The notes under the pieces: generated by a model
Database searches by the model: none
The model's input: only the letters and a program-made list of their open reading frames with translations
Told to the model about the DNA's origin: nothing
Shown here: one piece after another, positions 49,601-63,100 of the stretch
Layout of the letters: every line of letters begins with the position of its first letter
Numbering within the stretch: position 1 is the stretch's first letter
Translations under genes and position numbers: made by a program
Source: Eledone cirrhosa
Taxonomy: Eukaryota
DNA length: 64,000 nt
Assembly (NCBI GenBank): GCA_964016885.1
Contig: OZ024755.1
Location: 43,710,001 to 43,774,000, forward strand
Direction: 5' to 3'

Positions 49601-51147
49601 ATGTTACCACAGTTGACAGTACCAACATATACTGTGTACCATAGTTGAGAGTACCAACATATACTGGGTACCACTGTTGACAGTACCAACATATATTGTG
49701 TACCACAGTTGACAGTACCAACATATAGTGTGTACCACAGTTGACAGTACCAACATATACTGTGTACCTCAGTTAACAGTAGCAAAATATACAGTGTACC
49801 ACAGTTGAGAGTACCAACATATACTGTGTACCACAGTTGACAGTACCAACATATACTGTGTACCACAGTTGACAGTACCAACATATACAGTGTACCATAG
49901 TTGACAGTGCCATCATATACCGTGTTCCACTGTTGACAATACCAACATATACTGTGTACCACATTTGACAGTACCAACATATACTGTGTACCACAATTGA
50001 CAGTACCAACGTATACTGTGTACCACAGTTGACAGTACTAACGTATACTGTGTACCAAAGTTGACAATACCAACATATACTGTGTATCACAGTTGACAGT
50101 ACCAACATATACTGTGTACCACAGTTGACAGTACCAACATATACTGTGTACCACAGTTGACAATACCAGCGTATACTGTGCACCACAGTTGACAGTACCA
50201 ACATATACCGTGTACCACAGTTGAGCGTACCAACATATACTGTGTACCACAGTTGATAGTACCAACATATACTGTGTACCAAAGTTGACAGTACCAACAT
50301 ATACTGTATACCACAGTTGACAGTACCAACGTATACTGTGTACCACAGTTGACAATACCAACGTATGCTGTGTACCACAGTTGACAATACCAACATATAC
50401 TGTGTACCACGGTTGACAGTACCAACATATACTGTGTACCACAGTTGACAGTTCCAACATATATGGTGTACCACTGTTGACACTACCGACATATACTGTG
50501 TAGCACATTTGACAGTACTAACATATACTGTGTACCACAGTTGACAGTATCAACATATACTGTGTACCATTATTGACAGTACCAACATATACTGTGTACC
50601 ACAGTTGACAATACCAACATATACTGTGTACCACAGTTGACAGTACCAACATATACTGTGTACCACAGTTGACAGTACCAACATATACTGTGTACCATAG
50701 TTGACAGTATCAACGTATATGTGTACCAATGTTGACAGTACTAACATATGCTGTGTACCACAGTTGACAGTACCAACATATACTGTGTACCGCAGTTGAC
50801 AGTACGAACATATCCTGTGTACCTCAGTTGACAGTACCAACATATACTGTGTACCACAGTTGACAGTACCAACATATACTGTGTACCACAGGTGACAGTA
50901 CCAACGTATACTGTGTACCACAGTTGACAGTACCAACATATACTGTGTACCACAGTTGACAGTACCAACATATACTGTGTACCACAGTTGACAGTACCAA
51001 CATATACTGTGTACCACATTTGACATTACCAACATATACTGTGTACCACAGTTGACAGTACCAACATGTACCATCTACCACAGTTGATAGTACCAACGTA
51101 TACTGTGTACCACAGATGAGAGTACCAACGTATACTCTGTACCACAG
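46620..51147. repeat. More diverged mosaic island of the same satellite
   Basis: Contains variants I did not see elsewhere: CACTATTGAC (~46913, ~49187), CAAAGGTGAC (47041), TGAACCAC (~48670), GAGTCGAC (~49029), GTAGCAAAAT (~49779), CAGATGAG (~51113). No long colinear match to the flanking blocks. Confidence 0.7.
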
Positions 51148-54100
51148 TTGACAGTACCAACGTAAACTGTGTACCACAGTTGACAGTACCAACCTATACT
51201 GTGTACCAGTGGTGACAGTACCAACATATACCGTGTACCACAGTTGACAGTACCAGCATATACTGTATACCACTGTTGACAGTACCAACATATACTGTGT
51301 ACCACAGTTGACAGTACCAACGTATACTGTGTATATTACCACAGTTGACAGTACCGACATATACTGTGTACCACAGTTGAGAGTACCAACGTATACCGTG
51401 TACCACAGTTGACAGTACCAACATACACTGTGTACCACAGTTGAAAGTACCAACGTATACTGTGTACCACAGTTGACAATACCATCATATACTGTGTACC
51501 ACAGTTGACAGTACCAACATATACTGTGTAACACAGTTGACAGTACTAACATATACTGTGTACCACAATTGACAGTACCAACGTATACTGTGTACCACAG
51601 TTGACAGTACTAACGTATACTGTGTACCAAAGTTGACAATACCAACATATACTGTGTATCACAGTTGACAGTACCAACATATACTGTGTACCACAGTTGA
51701 CAGTACCAACATATACTGTGTACCACAGTTGACAATACCAGCGTATACTGTGCACCACAGTTGACAGTACCAACATATACCGTGTACCACAGTTGAGCGT
51801 ACCAACATATACTGTGTACCACAGTTGATAGTACCAACATATACTGTGTACCAAGTTGACAGTACCAACATATACTGTATACCACAGTTGACAGTACCAA
51901 CGTATACTGTGTACCACAGTTGACAATACCAACGTATGCTGTGTACCACAGTTGACAATACCAACATATACTGTGTACCACGGTTGACAGTACAAACATA
52001 TACTGTGTACCACAGTTGACAGTTCCAACATATATGGTGTACCACTGTTGACACTACCGACATATACTGTGTAGCACATTTGACAGTACTACCATATACT
52101 GTGTACCACAGTTGCGAGTACCAACATATACTGGGTACCACTGTTGATAGTACCAACATATACTGTGTACCACAGTTGACAGTATCAACATATATTGTGT
52201 ACCATTATTGACAGTACCAACATATACTGTGTACCACAGTTGACAATACCAACATATACTGTGTACCACAGTTGACAGTACCAACATATACTGTGTACCA
52301 CAGTTGACAGTACCAACATATACTGTGTGCCATAGTTGACAGTATCAACGTATATGTGTACCACTGTTGACAGTACTAACATATGCTGTGTACCACAGTT
52401 GACAGTACCAACATATACTGTGTACCGCAGTTGACAGTACCAACATATCCTGTGTACCTCAGTTGACAGTACCAACATATACTGTGTACCACAGTTGACA
52501 GTACCAACATATACTGTGTACCACAGGTGACAGTACCAACGTATACTGTGTACCACAGTTGACAGTGCTAACATATACCGTGTACCACAGTTGACAGTAC
52601 CAACATATACTGTGTAGCACAATTGACAGTACCCACATATACTGTGTACCATAGTTGACAGTACCCACGTATACTGTGTACCACAGTTGACAGTACCAAC
52701 ATATAATATGTACCAAAGTTGTAAGTACCAACGTATACTTTGTACCACTGTTGACAGTACCAACATATACTGTGTACCACATTTGACAGTACAAACATAT
52801 ACTGTGTACTACATTTGAGACTACCAACATATACTGTTTACCACATTTGACAGTACCAACATATATTGTGTGGCACAGTTGACAGTACCCACATATACTG
52901 GATACCCCAGTTGATAGTACCAACGTATACTGTGTACCACATTTGACAGTTCCCACATATACAGGGTACAACAGTTGACAATACCATCATATACTGTGTA
53001 CCACAGTTGATAGTATCAACATATACTGTGTACCACAGTTGACAGTACCAACGTATACTGTGTTCCACAGTTGACAGTACCAACATATACTGTGTAACAC
53101 AGTTGACAGTACCAACATATACCGTGTACCACAGTTGACAGTACCAACGTATACTGTGTACCACTGTTGAAAGTACCAACATATACTGTGTACCACAGTT
53201 GACAATACCAACATATACTGTGTACCACAGTTGACAGTAACAACATATACTGTGTACCACAGTTGACAGTACCAACGTATACTGTATACCACATTTGACA
53301 GTACCAACGTAAACTGTGTACCACAGTTGACAGTACCAACCTATACTGTGTACCACTGGTGACAGTACCAACATATACCGTGTACCACAGTTGACAGTAC
53401 CAACATATACTGTATACCACTGTTGACAGTACCAACATATACTGTGTACCACAGTTGACAGTACCAACGTATACTGTGTATATTACCACAGTTGACAGTA
53501 CCGACATATACTGTGTACCACAGTTGAGAGTACCAACGTATACCGTGTACCACAGTTGAAAGTACCAACGTATACTGTGTACCACAGTTGACAATACCAT
53601 CATATACTGTGTACCACAGTTGACAGTACCAACATATACTGTGTACCACAGTTGACAGTACTAACATATACTGTGTACCACAATTGACAGTACCAACGTA
53701 TACTGTGTACCACAGTTGACAGTACTAACGTATACTGTGTACCAAAGTTGACAATACCAACATATACTGTGTATCACAGTTGACAGTACCAACATATACT
53801 GTGTACCACAGTTGACAGTACCAACATATACTGTGTACCACAGTTGACAATACCAGCGTATACTGTGCACCACAGTTGACAGTACCAACATATACCGTGT
53901 ACCACAGTTGAGCGTACCAACATATACTGTGTACCACAGTTGATAGTACCAACATATACTGTGTACCAAATTGACAGTACCAACATAAACTGTATACCAC
54001 AGTTGACAGTACCAACGTATACTGTGTACCACAGTTGACAATACCAACGTATGCTGTGTACCACAGTTGACAATACCAACATATACTGTGTACCACGGTT

Positions 54101-57100
54101 GACAGTACCAACATATACTGTGTACCACAGTTGACAGTTCCAACATATATGGTGTACCACTGTTGACACTACCGACATATACTGTGTAGCACATTTGACA
54201 GTACTACCATATACTGTGCACCACAGTTGCGAGTACCAACATATACTGGGTACCATTGTTGATAGTACCAACATATACTGTGTACCACAGTTGACAGTAT
54301 CAACATATATTGTGTACCATTATTGACAGTACCAACATATACTGTGTACCACAGTTGACAATACCAACATATACTGTGTACCACAGTTGACAGTACCAAC
54401 ATATACTGTGTACCACAGTTGACAGTACCAACATACACTGTGTGCCATAGTTGACAGTATCAACGTATATGTGTACCACTGTTGACAGTACTAACATATG
54501 CTGTGTACCACAGTTGACAGTACCAACATATACTGTGTACCGCAGTTGACAGTACCAACATATCCTGTGTACCTCAGTTGACAGTACCAACATATACTGT
54601 GTACCACAGTTGACAGTACCAACATATACTCTGTACCACAGGTGACAGTACCAACGTATACTGTGTACCACAGTTGACAGTACCAACATATACTGTGTAC
54701 CACAGTTGACAGTACCAACATATACTGTGTACCACAGTTGACAGTGCTAACATATACCGTGTACCACAGTTGACAGTACCAACATATACTGTGTAGCACA
54801 ATTGACAGTACCCACATATACTGTGTACCATAGTTGACAGTACCCACGTATACTGTGTACCACAGTTGACAGTACCAAAGTTGTAAGTACCAACGTATAC
54901 TTTGTACCACTGTTGACAGTACCAACATATACTGTGTACCACATTTGACAGTACAAACATATACTGTGTACTACATTTGAGAGTACCAACATATACTGTT
55001 TACCACATTTGACAGTACCAACATATACTGTGTGGCACAGTTGACAGTACCCACATATACTGGATACCCCAGTTGATAGTACCAACGTATACTGTGTACC
55101 ACATTTGACAGTTCCCACATATACAGGGTACAACAGTTGACAATACCATCATATACTGTGTACCACAGTTGATAGTACCAACATATACTGTGTACCACAG
55201 TTGACAGTACCAACGTATACTGTGTTCCACAGTTGACAGTACCAACATATACTGTGTACCATAGGTTACAGTGTCAACGTATCTGTGTACCACAGTTGAC
55301 ATTACTAACATATGCTGTGTACCACAGTTGACAGTACCAACATATACTGTGTACCACAGTTGACAGTACCAACATATACTGTGTACCACAGTTGACTGTA
55401 CCAACATATACTTTGTACCACAGTTAACAGTACTAACATATACCGTGTACCACAGTTGACAATACCAATATATACTGTGTGCCACAGTTGACAGTACCAA
55501 CATATACTGTGTACCACAGTTGACAGTACCAACGTATACTGTGTACCACAGTTGACAGTACCAACATATACTGTGTAACACAGTTGACAGTACCAACATA
55601 TACCGTGTACCACAGTTGACAGTACCAACGTATACTGTGTACCACAGTTGAAAGTACCAGCATATACTGTGTACCACAGTTGACAGTACCAACATATACT
55701 GTGTACCACAGTTGACAGTACCAACATATACTGTGTACCACAGTTGACAGTATTAACGTATACTGTATACCACATTTGACAGTACCAACGTAAACTGTGT
55801 ACCACAGTTGACAGTACCAACCTATACTGTGTACTACTGGTGACAGTACCAACATATACCTTGTACCACAGTTGACAGTACCAACATATACTGTATACCA
55901 CTGTTGACAGTACCAACATATACTGTGTACCACAGTTGACAGTACCAACGTATACTGTGTATATTACCACAGTTGACAGTACCAACATATACTGTGTACA
56001 GCAGTTAACAGTAGCAACATATACCGTGTACCACAGTTGAGAGTACCAACATATACTGTGTACCAGAGTTGACAGTACCAACATATACTGTGTACCACAG
56101 TTGACAGTACCAACATATACTGTGTACCATAGTTGACAGTGCCAACATATACAGTGTACCACAGTTGACAATACCAACATATACTGTGTACCACAGTTGA
56201 CAGTACCAACATATACTGTGTACCACAGTTGATAGTACCAACGTATACTGTGTACCACAGTTGACAATACCAACATATATTGTGTACCACAGTTGACAGT
56301 ACCAACATATATGGTGTACCACTGTTGACACTACCGACATATACTGTGTAGCACAGTTGACAGTACTAACATATACTGTGTACCACAGTTGAGAGTACCA
56401 ACATATACTGGGTACCACTTTTGACAGTACCAACATATACTGTGTACCACAGTTGACAGTATCAACATATACTGTGTACCACTGTTGACAGTACCAACAT
56501 ATACTGTGTACCACATATGACTACCAACGTATACTGTGTACCACAGTTGACAGTACCAACATATACTGTCTACCACAGTTGACAGTACCAACATATACTG
56601 TGTACCACAGTTGACACTACCAACATATACTGTGTACCACAGTTGACAGTACCAACATATACTGTGTACCTCAGTTGACAGTACCAACATATACTGTGTA
56701 CCACAGTTGACAATACCAACATATACTGTCTACCACAGTTGACAGTACCAACATATACTGTGTACCACAGTTGACAGTACCAACGTATACTGTGTACCAC
56801 AGTTGACAGTACCATCATATACTGTGTACCACAGTTGAGAGTACCAACGTATACTGTGTACCAGAGTTGACAGTACCAACATATAATGTGTACCACAGTT
56901 GACAGTACCAACATATACTGTGTACCACAGCTGACACTACCAACATATACTGTGTACCACAGTTGACAGTACCAACGTATACTGTGTACCACTGTTGACA
57001 GTACCAACATATACTGTGTACCACAGTTGACAGTACCAACATATACTGTGTACCACAGTTGACAGTACCAACGTATACTGTGTACCAGAGTTGAGAGTAC

Positions 57101-60100
57101 CAACATATACTGTGTACCACAGTTGACAGTACCAACATATACTGTGTACCACAGCTGACACTACCAACATATACTGTGTACCACAGTTGAGAGTACCAAC
57201 ATATACTGTGTACCACAGTTGACAGTACCAACATGTACCGTCTACCACAGTTGATAGTACCAACGTATACTGTGTACCACAGTTGAGAGTACCAACGTAT
57301 ACTGTGTACCACAGTTGATTGTAGCAACGTATACTCTGTACCACAGTTGACAGTACCAACATATACTGTGTACCACAGTTGACAGTACCAACATATACTG
57401 TGTACCACTGTTGACAGTACCAACATATACTGGGTACCGCAGTTAACAGTAGCAACATATACCGTGTACCACAGTTGAGAGTACCAACATATACTGTGTA
57501 CCACAGTTGACAGTACCAACATATACTGTGTACCACAGTTGACAGTACCAACATATACTGTGTACCATAGTTGACAGTGCCAACATATACTTTGTACCAC
57601 AGTTGACAATACCAACATATACTGTGTACCACAGTTGACAGTACCAACGTATACTGTGTACCACTGTTGAAAGTACCAACATATACTGTGTACCACAGTT
57701 GACAGTACCAACATATACTGTGTACCACAGTTGACAGTACCAACATATACTGTGTACCACAGTTGACAGTACCAACGTATACTGTATACCACATTTGACA
57801 GTACCAACGTAAACTGTGTACCACAGTTGACAGTACCAACCTATACTGTGTACCACTGGTGACAGTACCAACATATACCGTGTACCACAGTTGACAGTAC
57901 CAACATATACTGTATACCACTGTTGACAGTACCAACATATACTGTGTACCACAGTTGACAGTACCAACGTATACTGTGTATATTACCACAGTTGACAGTA
58001 CCGACATATACTGTGTACCACAGTTGAGAGTACCAACGTATACCGTGTACCACAGTTGACAGTACCAACATACACTGTGTACCACAGTTGAAAGTACCAA
58101 CGTATACTGTGTACCACAGTTGACAATACCATCATATACTGTGTACCACAGTTGACAGTACCAACATATACTGTGTACCACAGTTGACAGTACCAACATA
58201 TACTGTGTACCACAGTTGACAATACCAACATATACTGTGTACCACAGTTGACAGTACCAACATATACTGTGTACCACAGTTGACAGTACCAACATATACT
58301 GTGTACCACAGTTGACAGTACCAACATATACTTTGTACCACAGTTGACAGTACCAACATATACTGTGTACCACAGTTAACAGTACCAACATATACTGTGT
58401 ACCACATTTGACAGTACCAACGTATACTGTGTACCACAGTTGACAGTACCATCATATACTGTGTACCACAGTTGACAGTACCAACGTATACTGTGTACCA
58501 GAGTTGACAGTACCAACATATACTGTGTACCACAGTTGACAGTACCAACATATACTGTGTACCACAGCTGACACTACCAACATATACTGTGTACCACAGT
58601 TGAGAGTACCAACATATACTGTGTACCACAGTTGACAGTACCAACATGTACCGTCTACCACAGTTGATAGTACCAACGTATACTGTGTACCACAGTTGAG
58701 AGTACCAACGTATACTGTGTACCACAGTTGATTGTAGCAACGTATACTCTGTACCACAGTTGACAGTACCAACATATACTGTGTACCACAGTTGACAGTA
58801 CCAACATATACTGTGTACCACTGTTGACAGTACCAACATATACTGGGTACCGCAGTTAACAGTAGCAACATATACCGTGTACCACAGTTGAGAGTACCAA
58901 CATATACTGTGTACCACAGTTGACAGTACCAACATATACTGTGTACCACAGTTGACAGTACCAACATATACTGTGTACCATAGTTGACAGTGCCAACATA
59001 TACTTTGTACCACAGTTGACAATACCAACATATACTGTGTACCACAGTTGACAGTACCAACATATACTGTGTACCACAGTTGACAGTACCAACGTATACT
59101 GTGTACAACAGTTGACAGTACCAACATATACTGTGTAACACAGTTGACAGTACCAACATATACCGTGTACCACAGTTGACAGTACCAACGTATACTGTGT
59201 ACCACTGTTGAAAGTACCAACATATACTGTGTACCACAGTTGACAGTACCAACATATACTGTGTACCACAGTTGACAGTACCAACATATACTGTGTACCA
59301 CAGTTGACAGTACCAACGTATACTGTATACCACATTTGACAGTACCAACGTAAACTGTGTACCACAGTTGACAGTACCAACCTATACTGTGTACCACTGG
59401 TGACAGTACCAACATATACCGTGTACCACAGTTGACAGTACCAACATATACTGTATACCACTGTTGACAGTACCAACATATACTGTGTACCACAGTTGAC
59501 AGTACCAACGTATACTGTGTATATTACCACAGTTGACAGTACCGACATATACTGTGTACCACAGTTGAGAGTACCAACGTATACCGTGTACCACAGTTGA
59601 CAGTACCAACATACACTGTGTACCACAGTTGAAAGTACCAACGTATACTGTGTACCACAGTTGACAATACCATCATATACTGTGTACCACAGTTGACAGT
59701 ACCAACATATACTGTGTACCACAGTTGACAGTACTAACATATACTGTGTACCACAATTGACAGTACCAACGTATACTGTGTACCACAGTTGACAGTACTA
59801 ACGTATACTGTGTACCAAAGTTGACAATACCAACATATACTGTGTATCACAGTTGACAGTACCAACATATACTGTGTACCACAGTTGACAGTACCAACAT
59901 ATACTGTGTACCACAGTTGACAATACCAGCGTATACTGTGCACCACAGTTGACAGTACCAACATATACCGTGTACCACAGTTGAGCGTACCAACATATAC
60001 TGTGTACCACAGTTGATAGTACCAACATATACTGTGTACCAAGTTGACAGTACCAACATAAACTGTATACCACAGTTGACAGTACCAACGTATACTGTGT

Positions 60101-63100
60101 ACCACAGTTTACAATACCAACGTATGCTGTGTACCACAGTTGATAATACCAACATATACTGTGTACCACGGTTGACAGTACCAACATATACTGTGTAACA
60201 CAGTTGACAGTTCCAACATATATGGTGTACCACTGTTGACACTACCGACATATACTGTGTAGCACATTTGACAGTACTACCATATACTGTGTACCACAGT
60301 TGCGAGTACCAACATATACTGGGTACCACTGTTGATAGTACCAACATATACTGTGTACCACAGTTGACAGTATCAACATATATTGTGTACCATTATTGAC
60401 AGTACCAACATATACTGTGTACCACAGTTGACAATACCAACATATACTGTGTACCACAGTTGACAGTACCAACATATACTGTGTACCACAGTTGACAGTA
60501 CCAACATACACTGTGTGCCATAGTTGACAGTATCAACGTATATGTGTACCACTGTTGACAGTACAAACATATGCTGTGTACCACAGTTGACAGTACCAAC
60601 ATATACTGTCTACCGCAGTTGACAGTACCAACATATCCTGTGTACCTCAGTTGACAGTACCAACATATACTGTGTACCACAGTTGACAGTACCAACATAT
60701 ACTGTGTACCACAGGTGACAGTACCAACGTATACTGTGTACCACAGTTGACAGTACCAACATATACTGTGTACCACAGTTGACAGTACCAACATATACTG
60801 TGTACCACAGTTGACAGTGCTAACATATACCGTGTACCACAGTTGACAGTACCAACATATACTGTGTAGCACAATTGACAGTACCCACATATACTGTGTA
60901 CCATAGTTGACAGTACCCACGTATACTGTGTACCACAGTTGACAGTACCAACATATAATATGTACCAAAGTTGTAAGTACCAACGTATACTTTGTACCAC
61001 TGTTGACAGTACCAACATATACTGTGTACCACATTTGACAATACAAACATATACTGTGTACTACATTTGAGAGTACCAACATATACTGTTTACCACATTT
61101 GACAGTACCAACATATACTGTGTGGCACAGTTGACAGTACCCACATATACTGGATACCCCAGTTGATAGTACCAACGTATACTGTGTACCACATTTGACA
61201 GTTCCCACATATACAGGGTACAACAGTTGACAATACCATCATATACTGTGTACCACAGTTGATAGTACCAACATATACTGTGTACCACAGTTGACAGTAC
61301 CAACGTATACTGTGTTCCACAGTTGACAGTACCAACATATACTGTGTACCATAGTTGACAGTGTCAACGTATCTGTGTACCACAGTTGACATTACTAACA
61401 TATGCTGTGTACCACAGTTGACAGTACCAACATATACTGTGTACCACAGTTGACAGTACCAACATATACTGTGTACCACAGTTGACTGTACCAACATATA
61501 CTTTGTACCACAGTTAACAGTACTAACATATACCGTGTACCACAGTTGACAATACCAACATATACTGTGTGCCACAGTTGACAGTACCAACATATACTGT
61601 GTACCACAGTTGACAGTACCAACGTATACTGTGTACCACAGTTGACAGTACAAACATATACTGTGTAACACAGTTGACAGTACCAACATATACCGTGTAC
61701 CACAGTTGACAGTACCAACGTATACTGTGTACCACAGTTGAAAGTACCAGCATATACTGTGTACCACAGTTGACAGTACCAACATATACTGTGTACCACA
61801 GTTGACAGTACCAACATATACTGTGTACCACAGTTGACAGTATTAACGTATACTGTATACCACATTTGACAGTACCAACGTAAACTGTGTACCACAGTTG
61901 ACAGTACCAACCTATACTGTGTACTACTGGTGACAGTACCAACATATACCTTGTACCACAGTTGACAGTACCAACATATACTGTATACCACTGTTGACAG
62001 TACCAACATATACTGTGTACCACAGTTGACAGTACCAACGTATACTGTGTATATTACCACAGTTGACAGTACCGACATATACTGTGTCCCACAGTTGACA
62101 GTACCAACATATACTGTGTACCACTGTTGACAGTACCAACATATACTGGGTACCGCAGTTAACAGTAGCAACATATACCGTGTACCACAGTTGAGAGTAC
62201 CAACATATACTGTGTACCACAGTTGACAGTACCAACATATACTGTGTACCACAGTTGACAGTACCAACATATATGGGTACCATAGTTGACAGTGCCAACA
62301 TATACCTTGTACCACAGTTGACAATACCAACATATACTGTGTACCACAGTTGACAGTACCAACATATACTGTGTACCACAGTTGACAGTACCAACGTATA
62401 CTGTGTACCACAGTTGACAGTACCAACATATACTGTGTAACACAGTTGACAGTACCAACATATACCGTGTACCACAGTTGACAGTACCAACGTATACTGT
62501 GTACCACTGTTGAAAGTACCAACATATACTGTGTACCACAGTTGACAGTACCAACATATACTGTGTACCACAGTTGACAGTACCAACATATACTGTGTAC
62601 CACAGTTGACAGTACCAACGTATACTGTATACCACATTTGACAGTACCAACGTAAACTGTGTACCACAGTTGACAGTACCAACCTATACTGTGTACCACT
62701 GGTGACAGTACCAACATATACCGTGTACCACAGTTGACAGTACCAACATATACTGTATACCACTGTTGACAGTACCAACATATACTGTGTACCACAGTTG
62801 ACAGTACCAACGTATACTGTGTATATTACCACAGTTGACAGTACCGACATATACTGTGTACCACAGTTGAGAGTACCAACGTATACCGTGTACCACAGTT
62901 GACAGTACCAACATACACTGTGTACCACAGTTGAAAGTACCAACGTATACTGTGTACCACAGTTGACAATACCATCATATACTGTGTACCACAGTTGACA
63001 GTACCAACATATACTGTGTAACACAGTTGACAGTACTAACATATACTGTGTACCACAATTGACAGTACCAACGTATACTGTGTACCACAGTTGACAGTAC

